A model generated the notes under the pieces. The model was not told the origin of the DNA. It did not search any database and worked only from the letters and a program-made list of their open reading frames with translations. Both the position numbers and the translations under genes were made by a program. Positions 16,665 through 25,535 of a stretch of 32,000 nucleotides of DNA are shown one piece after another (the stretch's first letter is position 1; each line of letters opens with the position of its first letter). The DNA is from Caldimicrobium thiodismutans (lineage in GTDB: Bacteria; Desulfobacterota; Thermodesulfobacteria; Thermodesulfobacteriales; Thermodesulfobacteriaceae): contig NZ_AP014945.1 in the NCBI RefSeq assembly GCF_001548275.1, positions 570,001-602,000 on the forward strand, given 5' to 3'.

Positions 16665-17684
16665 ATGAACTTAGTATTTAGTATCCTTATGCTTATCATT
16701 TTAATCCTTATCCCCGTGATAGGGGTAGGGGCTCTTGGCCTTAATAGTTTATTTGCTATTTTTATTCCCTATTTGGGATTTGCTCTCTTCTTTTTTGGTT
16801 TGATTTATCGCATGATAGATTGGGCCCGCTCTCCACAACCTTTTAAAATTCCCACTACCTGTGGTCAACAGAAAAGTCTTTCCTGGATTAAAAGAAGCAG
16901 GCTTGAATCACCAGCTACCACTTGGGAAGTTTATTTAAGAATGTTTTTTGAGGTCTTTCTATTCAGGTCACTCTTCAGGAATCTAAGGGCAGATTTTGAT
17001 GGAAAGCGTCTCATCTATGGATCAGCTAAATGGCTCTGGCTTGGAGCTATTTTATTTCATGTATCATTTTTGATTATTTTAATCAGACACCTTAGATTCT
17101 TTGTTTATCCAGTTCCCGGGGTTATAACAACTATTGATTTTGTTGATAGTTTCTTCCAGCTGGGTCTTCCTCCTATTTATCTAACAGACGCATTAATTCT
17201 TGCAGGACTCGGCTTTCTTCTTTTGAGGAGGCTTATTGATGCTAAGGTAAATTATCTATCCTATGCCTCAGATTATTTTCCCCTCTTATTAATTATTACT
17301 ATTGCTGCTACAGGTATCTTGATGAGGCTTTATATTAAACCCGATTTATATGCTATAAAACAATTAGCTTATGGACTTGCCACCTTTAATCCTGTCATGC
17401 CTGAAGGAAAATTAAGTCTTCTCTTTTATATTCATCTCTTTCTTGTTAGTTCATTAGCAGCCTATTTTCCCTTTAGTAAGCTTGTGCACATGGTTGGTGT
17501 CTTTTTTAGTCCCACAAGAAATATGGCTAATGATAACAGGATGAAAAGACATGTTAATCCCTGGGATTATCCTGTTAAATATACCACCTATTGTGATTGG
17601 CAGGAAAAGTTTAGAGATGTTATGGAAGAGGCTGGAATTCCCATTGATGATGAATGGTGTAAAGAAACTCAAAAGCAGGCCTAA
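16665..17684 (+). CDS. dsrM: DsrM, NarI-like dihaem b membrane subunit of the DsrMKJOP complex
   Basis: This is a polytopic membrane protein of 339 aa with NarI/HdrE-like helices. It is followed by an HdrD-like dsrK. An SD (GAGGGGAG) lies upstream. Confidence 0.85.
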   Translation: MNLVFSILMLIILILIPVIGVGALGLNSLFAIFIPYLGFALFFFGLIYRMIDWARSPQPFKIPTTCGQQKSLSWIKRSRLESPATTWEVYLRMFFEVFLFRSLFRNLRADFDGKRLIYGSAKWLWLGAILFHVSFLIILIRHLRFFVYPVPGVITTIDFVDSFFQLGLPPIYLTDALILAGLGFLLLRRLIDAKVNYLSYASDYFPLLLIITIAATGILMRLYIKPDLYAIKQLAYGLATFNPVMPEGKLSLLFYIHLFLVSSLAAYFPFSKLVHMVGVFFSPTRNMANDNRMKRHVNPWDYPVKYTTYCDWQEKFRDVMEEAGIPIDDEWCKETQKQA

Positions 17685-17698
17685 GGAGGAGGAAAGAG

Positions 17699-19315
17699 AT
17701 GAGTAAACTTCCCAAACCAGATGAATTACTCAAGGATTTGGATTTACATAAAACACCTGAAAAGCATTGGATGGATATTGCGCCTGAATTTAAGCCAGGC
17801 AAGTTTTGTTATGCTGTTGAGCCTCAAGTTATGGAAGATCTTGGAAGGCCCCATCTTGGAAAATGGCAACCTTATGATGAAAAATGGCCCTTACCTGATG
17901 ATTGGAAAGAGCGTATTTTAAAGGGAATTCGTGATCGCATGGAAAGATTTAGATCCTTCAAGCTTTTTATGGATATATGTGTGAGATGTGGGGCTTGTGC
18001 TGATAAATGCCATTATTTTCTTGGATCAGGCGATCCAAAAAACATGCCTGTTTTAAGAGCAGAACTAATTAGATCCATTATTAAGGGAGAATTTTCCTTT
18101 TTTGGTAAGCTCTTTGGAAGAATGGCTGGGGCTCGTCCTTTAACTGAAGAGGTCTTAAAAGAATGGTTTTATTATTTTTATCAGTGCACTGAATGTAGAA
18201 GGTGTTCTGTTTTTTGCCCTTATGGAATTGATACGGCAGAAGTTACTATAATAATGAGAGATCTTTTACACGAGCTTGGTATAGCTACAGACTGGGCAAT
18301 GAAGCCAGTAAGATTTTCTCATTTTATAGGTAATCATATCGGACTTCAGCCTCATACTATAAAAGAAAATATAGAGTTTCTATTAGGCGACATAGCAGAG
18401 ATTACAGGATTAAATATAGAAGTTCCAATAAATAAGAAAGGAGCTGAAATCCTTTTTGTTACTCCCTCTGCAGATTTTTTTGCTGATCCAGGTATATATA
18501 CCTTTATGGGGTATGTTCTTTTATTTCATCACATTGGTCTTGATTATACTATTAGTACCTATGCCTCAGAGGGAGGAAATTTTGGATTTTTTAATGCTGT
18601 AGAACTGGCTAAAAAACTTCATGCTAAGATTTATGAAGAAGCCAGGAGGCTTAAAGTAAAATGGATCCTTGGTGGAGAGTGTGGTCACATGTGGAGGGTC
18701 TGGCATCAGTATCATAATACTTGGTTTGGACCCTTTAATTACATGGATATTCCAAGATCTCCAATAACTGGAACAGTCTTTGAACATGCTAAGGACAATA
18801 AAATAGTGCATATCTGTGAGTTTACAGCAGATCTTATAGCACATGGGAAACTTAAATTTGATCCTTCCAGAAATGATCATGTAATTGTTACATTCCATGA
18901 TTCATGTAACACTTCCAGGGGTATGGGAATCTTTGAGGAGCCCAGATTTATCTTAAAGAATGTCTGCAATAATTTTGTAGAGATGCCTGAAAACACCATT
19001 CGAGAAAAGACCTTTTGCTGTGGAAGTGGTTCTGGTTTAAATGCAGACGAATATATGGAGATGAGAATGAGAGGGGGGTTCCCACGAGCCAATGCTGTGC
19101 AATATGTAAATCAGAAATATGGAGTAAATACAATGGCTTGTATATGTGCTATTGATAGGGCAGTATTGCCCACTCTTATGAAATATTGGGTTCCCGGAGT
19201 GGAAATAGCAGGAGTTCATGAGTTAGTTGGAAATGCCCTGATAATGGAGGGTGAAAAGGAAAGAACAACCGACCTCAGATATAGACCACTAAAAGGAATG
19301 GAAGAGGAGGTATAA
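17699..19315 (+). CDS. dsrK: DsrK, HdrD-like iron-sulfur catalytic subunit
   Basis: Two ferredoxin-type motifs are present: CVRCGACADKC and CTECRRCSVFCP. CCG-type Cys-rich domains are present (FCCGSGSGL, DSCNTSRG). Length is 538 aa, with an SD (AGGAGGAGG). Confidence 0.9.
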   Translation: MSKLPKPDELLKDLDLHKTPEKHWMDIAPEFKPGKFCYAVEPQVMEDLGRPHLGKWQPYDEKWPLPDDWKERILKGIRDRMERFRSFKLFMDICVRCGACADKCHYFLGSGDPKNMPVLRAELIRSIIKGEFSFFGKLFGRMAGARPLTEEVLKEWFYYFYQCTECRRCSVFCPYGIDTAEVTIIMRDLLHELGIATDWAMKPVRFSHFIGNHIGLQPHTIKENIEFLLGDIAEITGLNIEVPINKKGAEILFVTPSADFFADPGIYTFMGYVLLFHHIGLDYTISTYASEGGNFGFFNAVELAKKLHAKIYEEARRLKVKWILGGECGHMWRVWHQYHNTWFGPFNYMDIPRSPITGTVFEHAKDNKIVHICEFTADLIAHGKLKFDPSRNDHVIVTFHDSCNTSRGMGIFEEPRFILKNVCNNFVEMPENTIREKTFCCGSGSGLNADEYMEMRMRGGFPRANAVQYVNQKYGVNTMACICAIDRAVLPTLMKYWVPGVEIAGVHELVGNALIMEGEKERTTDLRYRPLKGMEEEV

Positions 19316-19318
19316 GTC

Positions 19319-19705
19319 ATGTATAATACAGGGAAAGTTCTTTTGGGAATAATTGTTTTTATATGCTTTTTTGCTATTCCTTTTTGGTTGAATTTAGGTA
19401 AGGTGTCTGCTCTTCCAAAGCCCGAATTACCAAAAGATGAAAAAAAATGTATTGAAGATGTCCAGTATATGAAGGCGTATCACATGAAATTACTGGATAA
19501 GTGGCGAAAAGAAAAGGTGCGAGAAGGAAATATTAATTATATAAATAATGAAGGAAAAATATATAAAATGAGCTTACAGAGAACTTGTATGAAATGCCAT
19601 ACAAGTAAAGAGAAATTTTGTGATAGATGCCATACAACATTGGTAACACACCCTGATTGTTGGGATTGTCATATAGCTCCTGAGGAGGTTAAAAAATGGC
19701 AATAA
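19319..19705 (+). CDS. dsrJ: DsrJ, periplasmic trihaem cytochrome c
   Basis: An N-terminal signal anchor is followed by three CxxCH motifs (CMKCH, CDRCH, CWDCH). An upstream conserved Cys (KKCIEDV) sits where DsrJ carries its Cys haem ligand. Confidence 0.9.
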   Translation: MYNTGKVLLGIIVFICFFAIPFWLNLGKVSALPKPELPKDEKKCIEDVQYMKAYHMKLLDKWRKEKVREGNINYINNEGKIYKMSLQRTCMKCHTSKEKFCDRCHTTLVTHPDCWDCHIAPEEVKKWQ

Positions 19706-20490
19706 AAAGGAGAGATTTTTTAAAAATTCTTGGGGTTGGAGGCATATCCACTATAGGAGTGGCTGGTATTGGCAGTCTTTATTCAAGGGCTGAGGTAGAA
19801 GTTGTTCCCCATACACCCCCGCAAGGGGCATTGAAAGCTAAAAGATGGGGAATGGTGATTGATGTGAGAAAGTGTATAGAATCTGGAGAAGAATGTATCA
19901 AAAATTGCGAGGCAATTCAAGCTTGTCATTTAACCCACAATGTGCCAAATATACCGGATAAAAAAAAGGAAATTAAATGGATCTGGATAGATAATTTTGA
20001 GCATGCCTTTCCTGATTTAAAAGATCAAAAAATTGTTGAACACCTGAGTAGATTCCCCTTTTTCCTTTTATGTAATCACTGCGAAAATCCTCCCTGTGTG
20101 CGTGTTTGCCCTACTAAAGCGACCTTTAAAAGATCAGATGGGATAGTTATGATGGATTTTCATAGATGTATTGGATGTCGTTTCTGTATGGCTGGTTGTC
20201 CTTATGGTTCAAGATCATTTAACTGGATAGACCCGAGACCTTATCTAACTAAGGTTAATCCTGAATTTCCCACTCGTAAACCAGGTGTAGTTGAAAAATG
20301 CCTTTTCTGTTATGAAAGGTTAGATGAGGGAAAAATCCCAGCTTGCGTTGAAGCTTGCAAATCTCAAGCTTTAATTTTTGGAGATTTGAATGACCCCGAG
20401 TCCGAGATTAATAAAATTTTAAAAGAAAGAGTAAGCTTAACGAGAAAACCTGAACTTGGAACAAATCCGTCAGTTTTTTATGTAATTTAA
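19696..20490 (+). CDS. dsrO: DsrO, Tat-exported 4Fe-4S ferredoxin-like subunit
   Basis: The twin-arginine signal is MAIKRRDFLKILGVGG. Fe-S motifs are CNHCENPPCVRVCP, CIGCRFCMAGCP and CLFC...ACVEAC. The gene overlaps dsrJ by 10 nt. Confidence 0.9.
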   Translation: MAIKRRDFLKILGVGGISTIGVAGIGSLYSRAEVEVVPHTPPQGALKAKRWGMVIDVRKCIESGEECIKNCEAIQACHLTHNVPNIPDKKKEIKWIWIDNFEHAFPDLKDQKIVEHLSRFPFFLLCNHCENPPCVRVCPTKATFKRSDGIVMMDFHRCIGCRFCMAGCPYGSRSFNWIDPRPYLTKVNPEFPTRKPGVVEKCLFCYERLDEGKIPACVEACKSQALIFGDLNDPESEINKILKERVSLTRKPELGTNPSVFYVI

Positions 20491-20518
20491 ATCCTATTTA
20501 TATTAGGGAGGGAGACAG

Positions 20519-21694
20519 ATGCTTGAACATGCACTTAAAGGCTCTAAGAAATATTGGTTATGGCTTGGATTCTTAGGTATTTTTATAATAACAGGAGCCT
20601 ATTTTTATTTACAACAGTTAAAAATAGGCCTTGGAATAACTGGAATGAGTAGAGATGTATCTTGGGCTTTTTATATCGCCAATTTCACCTTTCTGGTTGG
20701 AGTGGCTGCCTCAGCAGTTACTATAGTCCTTCCATATTATTGGCATAATCATAAAGTTTACGGAAAAATGACAATCTTAGGTGAATTTTTGGCTGTCTCT
20801 GCTGTAACAATGTGTTTATTATTTGTAGTAATTGATATGGGACAACCTATGCGTGTCTTTAATGTTCTTAGATATCCAACACCTAATTCTATCCTTTTTT
20901 ACGATGTTATAGTTTTGAATGGATACTTTATATTAAATTTAATTTGTGCCTGGACAGCCTTGCATTCTTATTATAAAGATTCAAGTTATCCATCCTGGTT
21001 AAAACCTGTAATATTTTTAGCTATTATATGGGCACCTTTTATTCATATAGTTACCGCATTTATTTATCAAGGCTTACCTGGTAGACATTATTGGCTTTCT
21101 GCAATTATGGCTCCTAAATTTTTAGTTTCAGCTTTTTCTTCAGGACCAGCATTACTTATTATTCTTGCAGCATTAATAAAAAAAGTAGCCAATTTTGATA
21201 TTGGTGAGAAGGCCTTTGAGACCTTAGGTAAAACAATGACTTATTTTTACCTGGCTTTTCTGGGCTTTTATCTTTTTGAGGTTTTTACATCTTTCTATAG
21301 TGGAATACCTGGACATAAAGCACCTTTTATTTATCTTTTTGTTGGATATGAAGGGCATGCTGAATGGGTGCCTTTTATGTGGACAGCGGTTATTTTAGCT
21401 ATTATATCTCTTATTATACTTCTTAATCCTCGCACAAGAAAAAACCAGACTTTACTGGTTCTTGCAGCTTTTACTGTTTTTTTCAGTGCCTATATAGAAA
21501 AAGGAATAGGTTTGGTAACCGGTGGATTTACACCCAATCCCTTTGAAACTGTTACACCTTATCGTCCAACCCTTCCCGAGGTCCTTATATCATTGGGAGT
21601 TTGGTCAACTGGGTTTTTGGTTCTGACGGTGCTTTATAAAATTACTATTGAAGTAGATAAGAGAAAAAATCTGGCAGTTAAACTGAAAGGTTAA
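20519..21694 (+). CDS. dsrP: DsrP, NrfD/PsrC-type integral membrane quinone-interacting subunit
   Basis: This is a 391-aa protein with about 10 TM helices and an NrfD-like N-terminus (YWLWLGFLGIFIITGAYFYLQQ). It is the last gene of the dsrMKJOP order. An SD (GGGAGGGAG) is present. Confidence 0.88.
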   Translation: MLEHALKGSKKYWLWLGFLGIFIITGAYFYLQQLKIGLGITGMSRDVSWAFYIANFTFLVGVAASAVTIVLPYYWHNHKVYGKMTILGEFLAVSAVTMCLLFVVIDMGQPMRVFNVLRYPTPNSILFYDVIVLNGYFILNLICAWTALHSYYKDSSYPSWLKPVIFLAIIWAPFIHIVTAFIYQGLPGRHYWLSAIMAPKFLVSAFSSGPALLIILAALIKKVANFDIGEKAFETLGKTMTYFYLAFLGFYLFEVFTSFYSGIPGHKAPFIYLFVGYEGHAEWVPFMWTAVILAIISLIILLNPRTRKNQTLLVLAAFTVFFSAYIEKGIGLVTGGFTPNPFETVTPYRPTLPEVLISLGVWSTGFLVLTVLYKITIEVDKRKNLAVKLKG

Positions 21695-21718
21695 AATAAA
21701 TTATAGCGTCTTATCATA

Positions 21719-21746
21719 AAAGGGGGATTTCCCCCCTTCTTTTTTT
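21719..21746 (+). terminator. Rho-independent terminator after dsrP
   Basis: The sequence is AAGGGGG-ATTT-CCCCC(C)TT followed by CTTTTTTT. It starts 25 nt after the dsrP stop. Confidence 0.75.
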
Positions 21747-21772
21747 ATAATTTTGTATTATTTTTATAAACT

Positions 21773-23155
21773 ATGAGTTTAATTTTCAACATTCCCCGCT
21801 TAATTATTTCCTCTCATAAAGGTGGTGCAGGAAAAACCATCTTCACTCTCGGCCTAATTCAAATCCTGAAAGAAAAAGGATATAAAATTGCTCCCTTCAA
21901 AAAAGGACCAGACTATATTGATGCTGGCTGGTTAAGTAAAATTTCTGGAACTCCCTGTAGAAATCTTGATCTTTTTTTATTTGATAAAAAGCATAATTTT
22001 TATTCCTTTTTTAGGGGAGCGGAAAAAGCTGATTTAGCAATTATAGAGGGAAACAGGGGCTTATATGACGGTGTTGATGAATATGGTAGCTGCAGTTCCG
22101 CTGAGTTAGCCAAACTCCTTAAAGCTCCTATCATTCTTGTTCTTGACTGTACTAAAGCCACAAGAAGTATGGCAGCTCTTTTAAAAGGGTTTCTTGAGTT
22201 TGATACTGAAATCCCCATAAAAGGTGTGGTATTAAATAATATTGCAAGACCTCGCCATGAAAATATTATTAGAAGTTCAATTGAAAAATATACAGAGACT
22301 AAAGTTTTAGGTGTTATTCCTCGTTTAAAGAATGTTGTTAAGGAAAGACATCTTGGCTTAGTAACACATTTTGAGAAAGATAGCTTATTTTTAAAAGATT
22401 TAAGTGCTAAATTAATTGAGAATGTTGATTTGGAGAGTATTATTGAAATTGCAAAAGATTCTCAAGCTCTTGATATACCCTCTTTATCTTTTAATTCTGT
22501 TAAGACATATGATTTAAAGATAGGAGTTTTTTTAGATCCAGCTTTTCAATTTTATTATCCTGAAAACCTTGAATTTTTGCAATCTCAAGGAGCTGAATTG
22601 GTTTATATAAATTCCTTGAAAGATAGCCATCTACCTTCTGGTATTTCTGGATTATATCTTGGGGGAGGATTTCCTGAAATTTTTGCTGAAGATTTATCAG
22701 GCAATGTTGAATTAAGAAAAGAAGTAAAGGAAGCAGTAGAATCCGGAATGCCAGTTTATGCTGAGTGTGGTGGATTAATGTATCTTGGAGAGGAAATTGA
22801 ATGGCAAGGGAAAAAATTCCCAATGACTGGAGTTTTACCAGTTAGATTTAAAGTTGATAGTAAACCCCATGGGCATGGATATGTTATTGCAAAAGTTGAG
22901 GGTAAGAATCCTTACTTTAACATAGGAGATACTATTTTGGGGCACGAATTTCATTATTCTTATCCTTATCAAATAGAGTTAAAAAAGGGTATGAGCACTA
23001 TTTTTAAACTTGAAAAAGGGACAGGACTTGATGGTTTTAGAGATGGAATTCATTATAAAAATTTACTTGCAAGCTATACCCATTTTCATATTTTTAGTGT
23101 AAAATTCTGGGCGGAAAATTTTTTAAACTTAGCAGCAAAATTTAAAACAACATAA
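21773..23155 (+). CDS. dsrN: Cobyrinate a,c-diamide synthase-family amidotransferase, probably DsrN (sirohaem amidase)
   Basis: The N-terminal P-loop is RLIISSHKGGAGKT. The C-terminal GATase has the nucleophile in YAECGGLMYLG, plus HEFHYS. The dsrN call rests on location directly after dsrMKJOP and before a ferredoxin, with no other cbi/cob genes nearby. A true CbiA or CfbB-like role cannot be excluded. Confidence 0.6.
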   Translation: MSLIFNIPRLIISSHKGGAGKTIFTLGLIQILKEKGYKIAPFKKGPDYIDAGWLSKISGTPCRNLDLFLFDKKHNFYSFFRGAEKADLAIIEGNRGLYDGVDEYGSCSSAELAKLLKAPIILVLDCTKATRSMAALLKGFLEFDTEIPIKGVVLNNIARPRHENIIRSSIEKYTETKVLGVIPRLKNVVKERHLGLVTHFEKDSLFLKDLSAKLIENVDLESIIEIAKDSQALDIPSLSFNSVKTYDLKIGVFLDPAFQFYYPENLEFLQSQGAELVYINSLKDSHLPSGISGLYLGGGFPEIFAEDLSGNVELRKEVKEAVESGMPVYAECGGLMYLGEEIEWQGKKFPMTGVLPVRFKVDSKPHGHGYVIAKVEGKNPYFNIGDTILGHEFHYSYPYQIELKKGMSTIFKLEKGTGLDGFRDGIHYKNLLASYTHFHIFSVKFWAENFLNLAAKFKTT

Positions 23156-23171
23156 GAGGAGGAGGTGCAGT

Positions 23172-23360
23172 ATGTTTGAGATTACTGTGAATTATGACAC
23201 CTGTGATGCCTGTGGAACTTGTGTTGAATCCTGTCCTGCCCAGGTTTATGACAAGGGTGATGATGGGAAGCCTGTGGTTGCAAGGGCAGAGGACTGTCTT
23301 GGATGTATGACCTGTGTTGAGGTCTGTCCAACTGGTTCTATTGAAGTAAAGGAAATATAG
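23172..23360 (+). CDS. 2x[4Fe-4S] ferredoxin (62 aa)
   Basis: Two motifs are present: CDACGTCVESCP and CLGCMTCVEVCP. A strong SD (GAGGAGGAGG) is present. The start lies 16 nt after the dsrN-like stop. Confidence 0.9.
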   Translation: MFEITVNYDTCDACGTCVESCPAQVYDKGDDGKPVVARAEDCLGCMTCVEVCPTGSIEVKEI

Positions 23361-23368
23361 GGAGGGGG

Positions 23369-23392
23369 AAGGGGGCATAGCCCCCTTTTATG
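23369..23392 (+). terminator. Rho-independent terminator after the ferredoxin gene
   Basis: The sequence is AAGGGGGC-ATA-GCCCCCTT followed by TTAT. It starts 9 nt after the ferredoxin stop. Its T tract contains the ATG annotated as the start of the next ORF. Confidence 0.7.
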
Positions 23393-24298
23393 TATATTAG
23401 CCGAAAGATTTGTTCAGCAGGTTATTCTTATAGAATTTGTGAATCCTTTTTTGAAGCCCCATTTTATAAAAGCAGAATTCTTTTTGATCTTGGCATTTCC
23501 CCTCAGAAATATATAACCTATTATAGTGATGTCTCATTTTCAATAGATCTTGAAGATGAATTAGCAAGATCTGGATGTATAACTGATCAATTTGAATTAG
23601 AGGAGCTTTTTCTTCGGTTTTTAACGCCTGAAGCTCAGCGCTGGGTTATTTTTTCTCAAAATAGAAGAGCTACAAGAAAGACCTCAACTCATCAAAGTTT
23701 TCAGATTAATGAGTTTCACTGGTTTGATAGAATCAGGCTCATTACTCTTAAACTTGACCACAGAGAACCACAGAGGGTTGTAAATAGAAAGTTCCCTTTT
23801 TTTAGTAAGCTTTTGAATAAATCAAGGGATGAGATTGAGAATCTTCTCTGGGATATGGAGGATCGTCTTAATTTTAGAGAAAAATCCCGCTATATAAATG
23901 CTATTTTTGGCCTTCAGAGAGCTACAAGCCTTGAAGAACGAGATAATATCTTTCTTAAGACTTTATGTGAAATAGCTAAGGATACCACTTATTACCTGGA
24001 CCTTTCAGAGACAGAGGTTTTAAAAAATTATCTCTCCCGGTATGTCTGGTTTTATTTTGATGCAATAACCTGGAGAAGGGCTCCACGCATTTATCAACAT
24101 ATGGAGGTTTCTTTATATCAAGAGCTTGCTTTCTATTTGGGGGTTTCTGTTGAAGTATTGATCAATAGCTCTAAAAAAGAAGTTCTTAAGATTTTCAGAC
24201 AAAAAATTTTTGAAATTCATCCAGATCGAGGTGGATCACACGAAGAATTTGTAAAGGTGAGAAAATTAATGGAGGATTTTATAAAATTAAGATTTTAG
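23390..24298 (+). CDS. Hypothetical protein with a C-terminal J-domain (DnaJ-like co-chaperone domain)
   Basis: The last ~60 aa read LYQELAFYLGVSVEVLINSSKKEVLKIFRQKIFEIHPDRGGSHEEFVKVRKLMEDF, which gives helix II, the HPD tripeptide and helix III. I do not recognise the N-terminal ~235 aa. The start is uncertain: there is no SD and the ATG lies inside the upstream terminator tail. Confidence 0.6.
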   Translation: MYISRKICSAGYSYRICESFFEAPFYKSRILFDLGISPQKYITYYSDVSFSIDLEDELARSGCITDQFELEELFLRFLTPEAQRWVIFSQNRRATRKTSTHQSFQINEFHWFDRIRLITLKLDHREPQRVVNRKFPFFSKLLNKSRDEIENLLWDMEDRLNFREKSRYINAIFGLQRATSLEERDNIFLKTLCEIAKDTTYYLDLSETEVLKNYLSRYVWFYFDAITWRRAPRIYQHMEVSLYQELAFYLGVSVEVLINSSKKEVLKIFRQKIFEIHPDRGGSHEEFVKVRKLMEDFIKLRF

Positions 24299-24999
24299 TT
24301 GAAACTATAGCTTTTAAGTTTAGCCACTAAATTTCCAAAAATAGGGAGTTTTCCTCTGATTTCTACGGGAATTTTTTCTTCTATCCAAAGCAGAAAGGTG
24401 ACCTCTTTTGTTCTTTTAAGGAGTTCACTTTTTTCTGGTAAGTGAACTAAGATTTCAGCACAACTTACGGTCTTATTTCCAAATTTGCAAGGAGTATAAC
24501 CTTTTAGATCAAGTATTGCAAAGTGTCTTTCTCCATCAATATAAAGGGGGATTTCCTGAGGTTTTTTTTCGCTGAAATTGAGATGCCAGGAGAAAACAAA
24601 GGCGGTTAATTCATCAAAAAGAGGAAATGGTAAAAAATAAACCTGTTTTTTAGGTTTAGGAAGTCTTTTTTCAACCAGAACTTTCTTTTCCTTTTCCTCA
24701 AAGTATAGGATCTTTTCACGCTCTTTAAATCTGTCCTTGGAATAAATAGTGCTTTTTAAAGGCTGGCTTTTAGAATTAAGGCTTGAAATCCATTTGGCTT
24801 GATAGGGATAAAGGATGTCTCCAGGGCCTGTTGTATAAGCAAAGGCTGTATATTCTTGAGATTTAAGAATTAATTTACTTTCACCCAGTTTTACAGGTCC
24901 ATAAAAAATCTCGTAAAGCAAGGTCTTTTCAGAAAGAGCTATACAGGGGATTAAAAATATAAAGCTTAGAATAAAGAAAAAAATTTGAATACTTTGCAT
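24295..24999 (-). CDS. Secreted DUF3108-like protein
   Basis: The signal peptide is MQSIQIFFFILSFIFLIPCIALS. The beta-rich body begins with YEIFYGPVKLGESKLILK, which resembles the DUF3108 N-terminal strand pattern. The family assignment is from memory only. Confidence 0.45.
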   Translation of the reverse strand: MQSIQIFFFILSFIFLIPCIALSEKTLLYEIFYGPVKLGESKLILKSQEYTAFAYTTGPGDILYPYQAKWISSLNSKSQPLKSTIYSKDRFKEREKILYFEEKEKKVLVEKRLPKPKKQVYFLPFPLFDELTAFVFSWHLNFSEKKPQEIPLYIDGERHFAILDLKGYTPCKFGNKTVSCAEILVHLPEKSELLKRTKEVTFLLWIEEKIPVEIRGKLPIFGNLVAKLKSYSFN

Positions 25000-25022
25000 A
25001 ATGGCCTTAGTTTTTGAGACCT

Positions 25023-25535
25023 TTAAAAAACAGTGGTCAAATACTGTGAGAATTTTTCTTTTAATTTCTCAGCTACCACCTTAGGGACAAGATCATCTAC
25101 TTGCCCTCCGAATTTAGCGGCTTCTTTAATTATAGAAGAGCTAAGGAAGATATAGCGCAAACTCGGCATCAGAAAAAGGGTATCGATGGAATTAGAGAGT
25201 TTCCTATTCATTAAAGCAAGTTGCATCTCATATTCAAAATCAGATACTGCCCTGAGTCCTCTTATGATAACACAGGCACCTTTTTGTTTAGTAAACTCAA
25301 CTAACAAGCCTGAAAAGCTCTCGACTTCAACTCTTTCAGAGAGATTTATTTCTTCTAAGGCCTTTTTTACCATAAAAAGGCGCTCTTCTATGGTAAAAAG
25401 CGGTTTTTTAGCAGGATTTTCACCTATGGCTATAATAATCCGATCAAAAAATTGGAGGGCCCTTTTAATCAGGTCTAAATGGCCGTTAGTTATGGGATCA
25501 AAGGTTCCCGGATACACTGCGATCTTGGGGCACAT
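25023..25535 (-). CDS. coaD: Phosphopantetheine adenylyltransferase
   Basis: The sequence KIAVYPGTFDPITNGHLDLIKRA carries the T/HxGH nucleotidyltransferase motif, and ISSSIIKE is present. Length is 170 aa. Confidence 0.93.
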   Translation of the reverse strand: MCPKIAVYPGTFDPITNGHLDLIKRALQFFDRIIIAIGENPAKKPLFTIEERLFMVKKALEEINLSERVEVESFSGLLVEFTKQKGACVIIRGLRAVSDFEYEMQLALMNRKLSNSIDTLFLMPSLRYIFLSSSIIKEAAKFGGQVDDLVPKVVAEKLKEKFSQYLTTVF

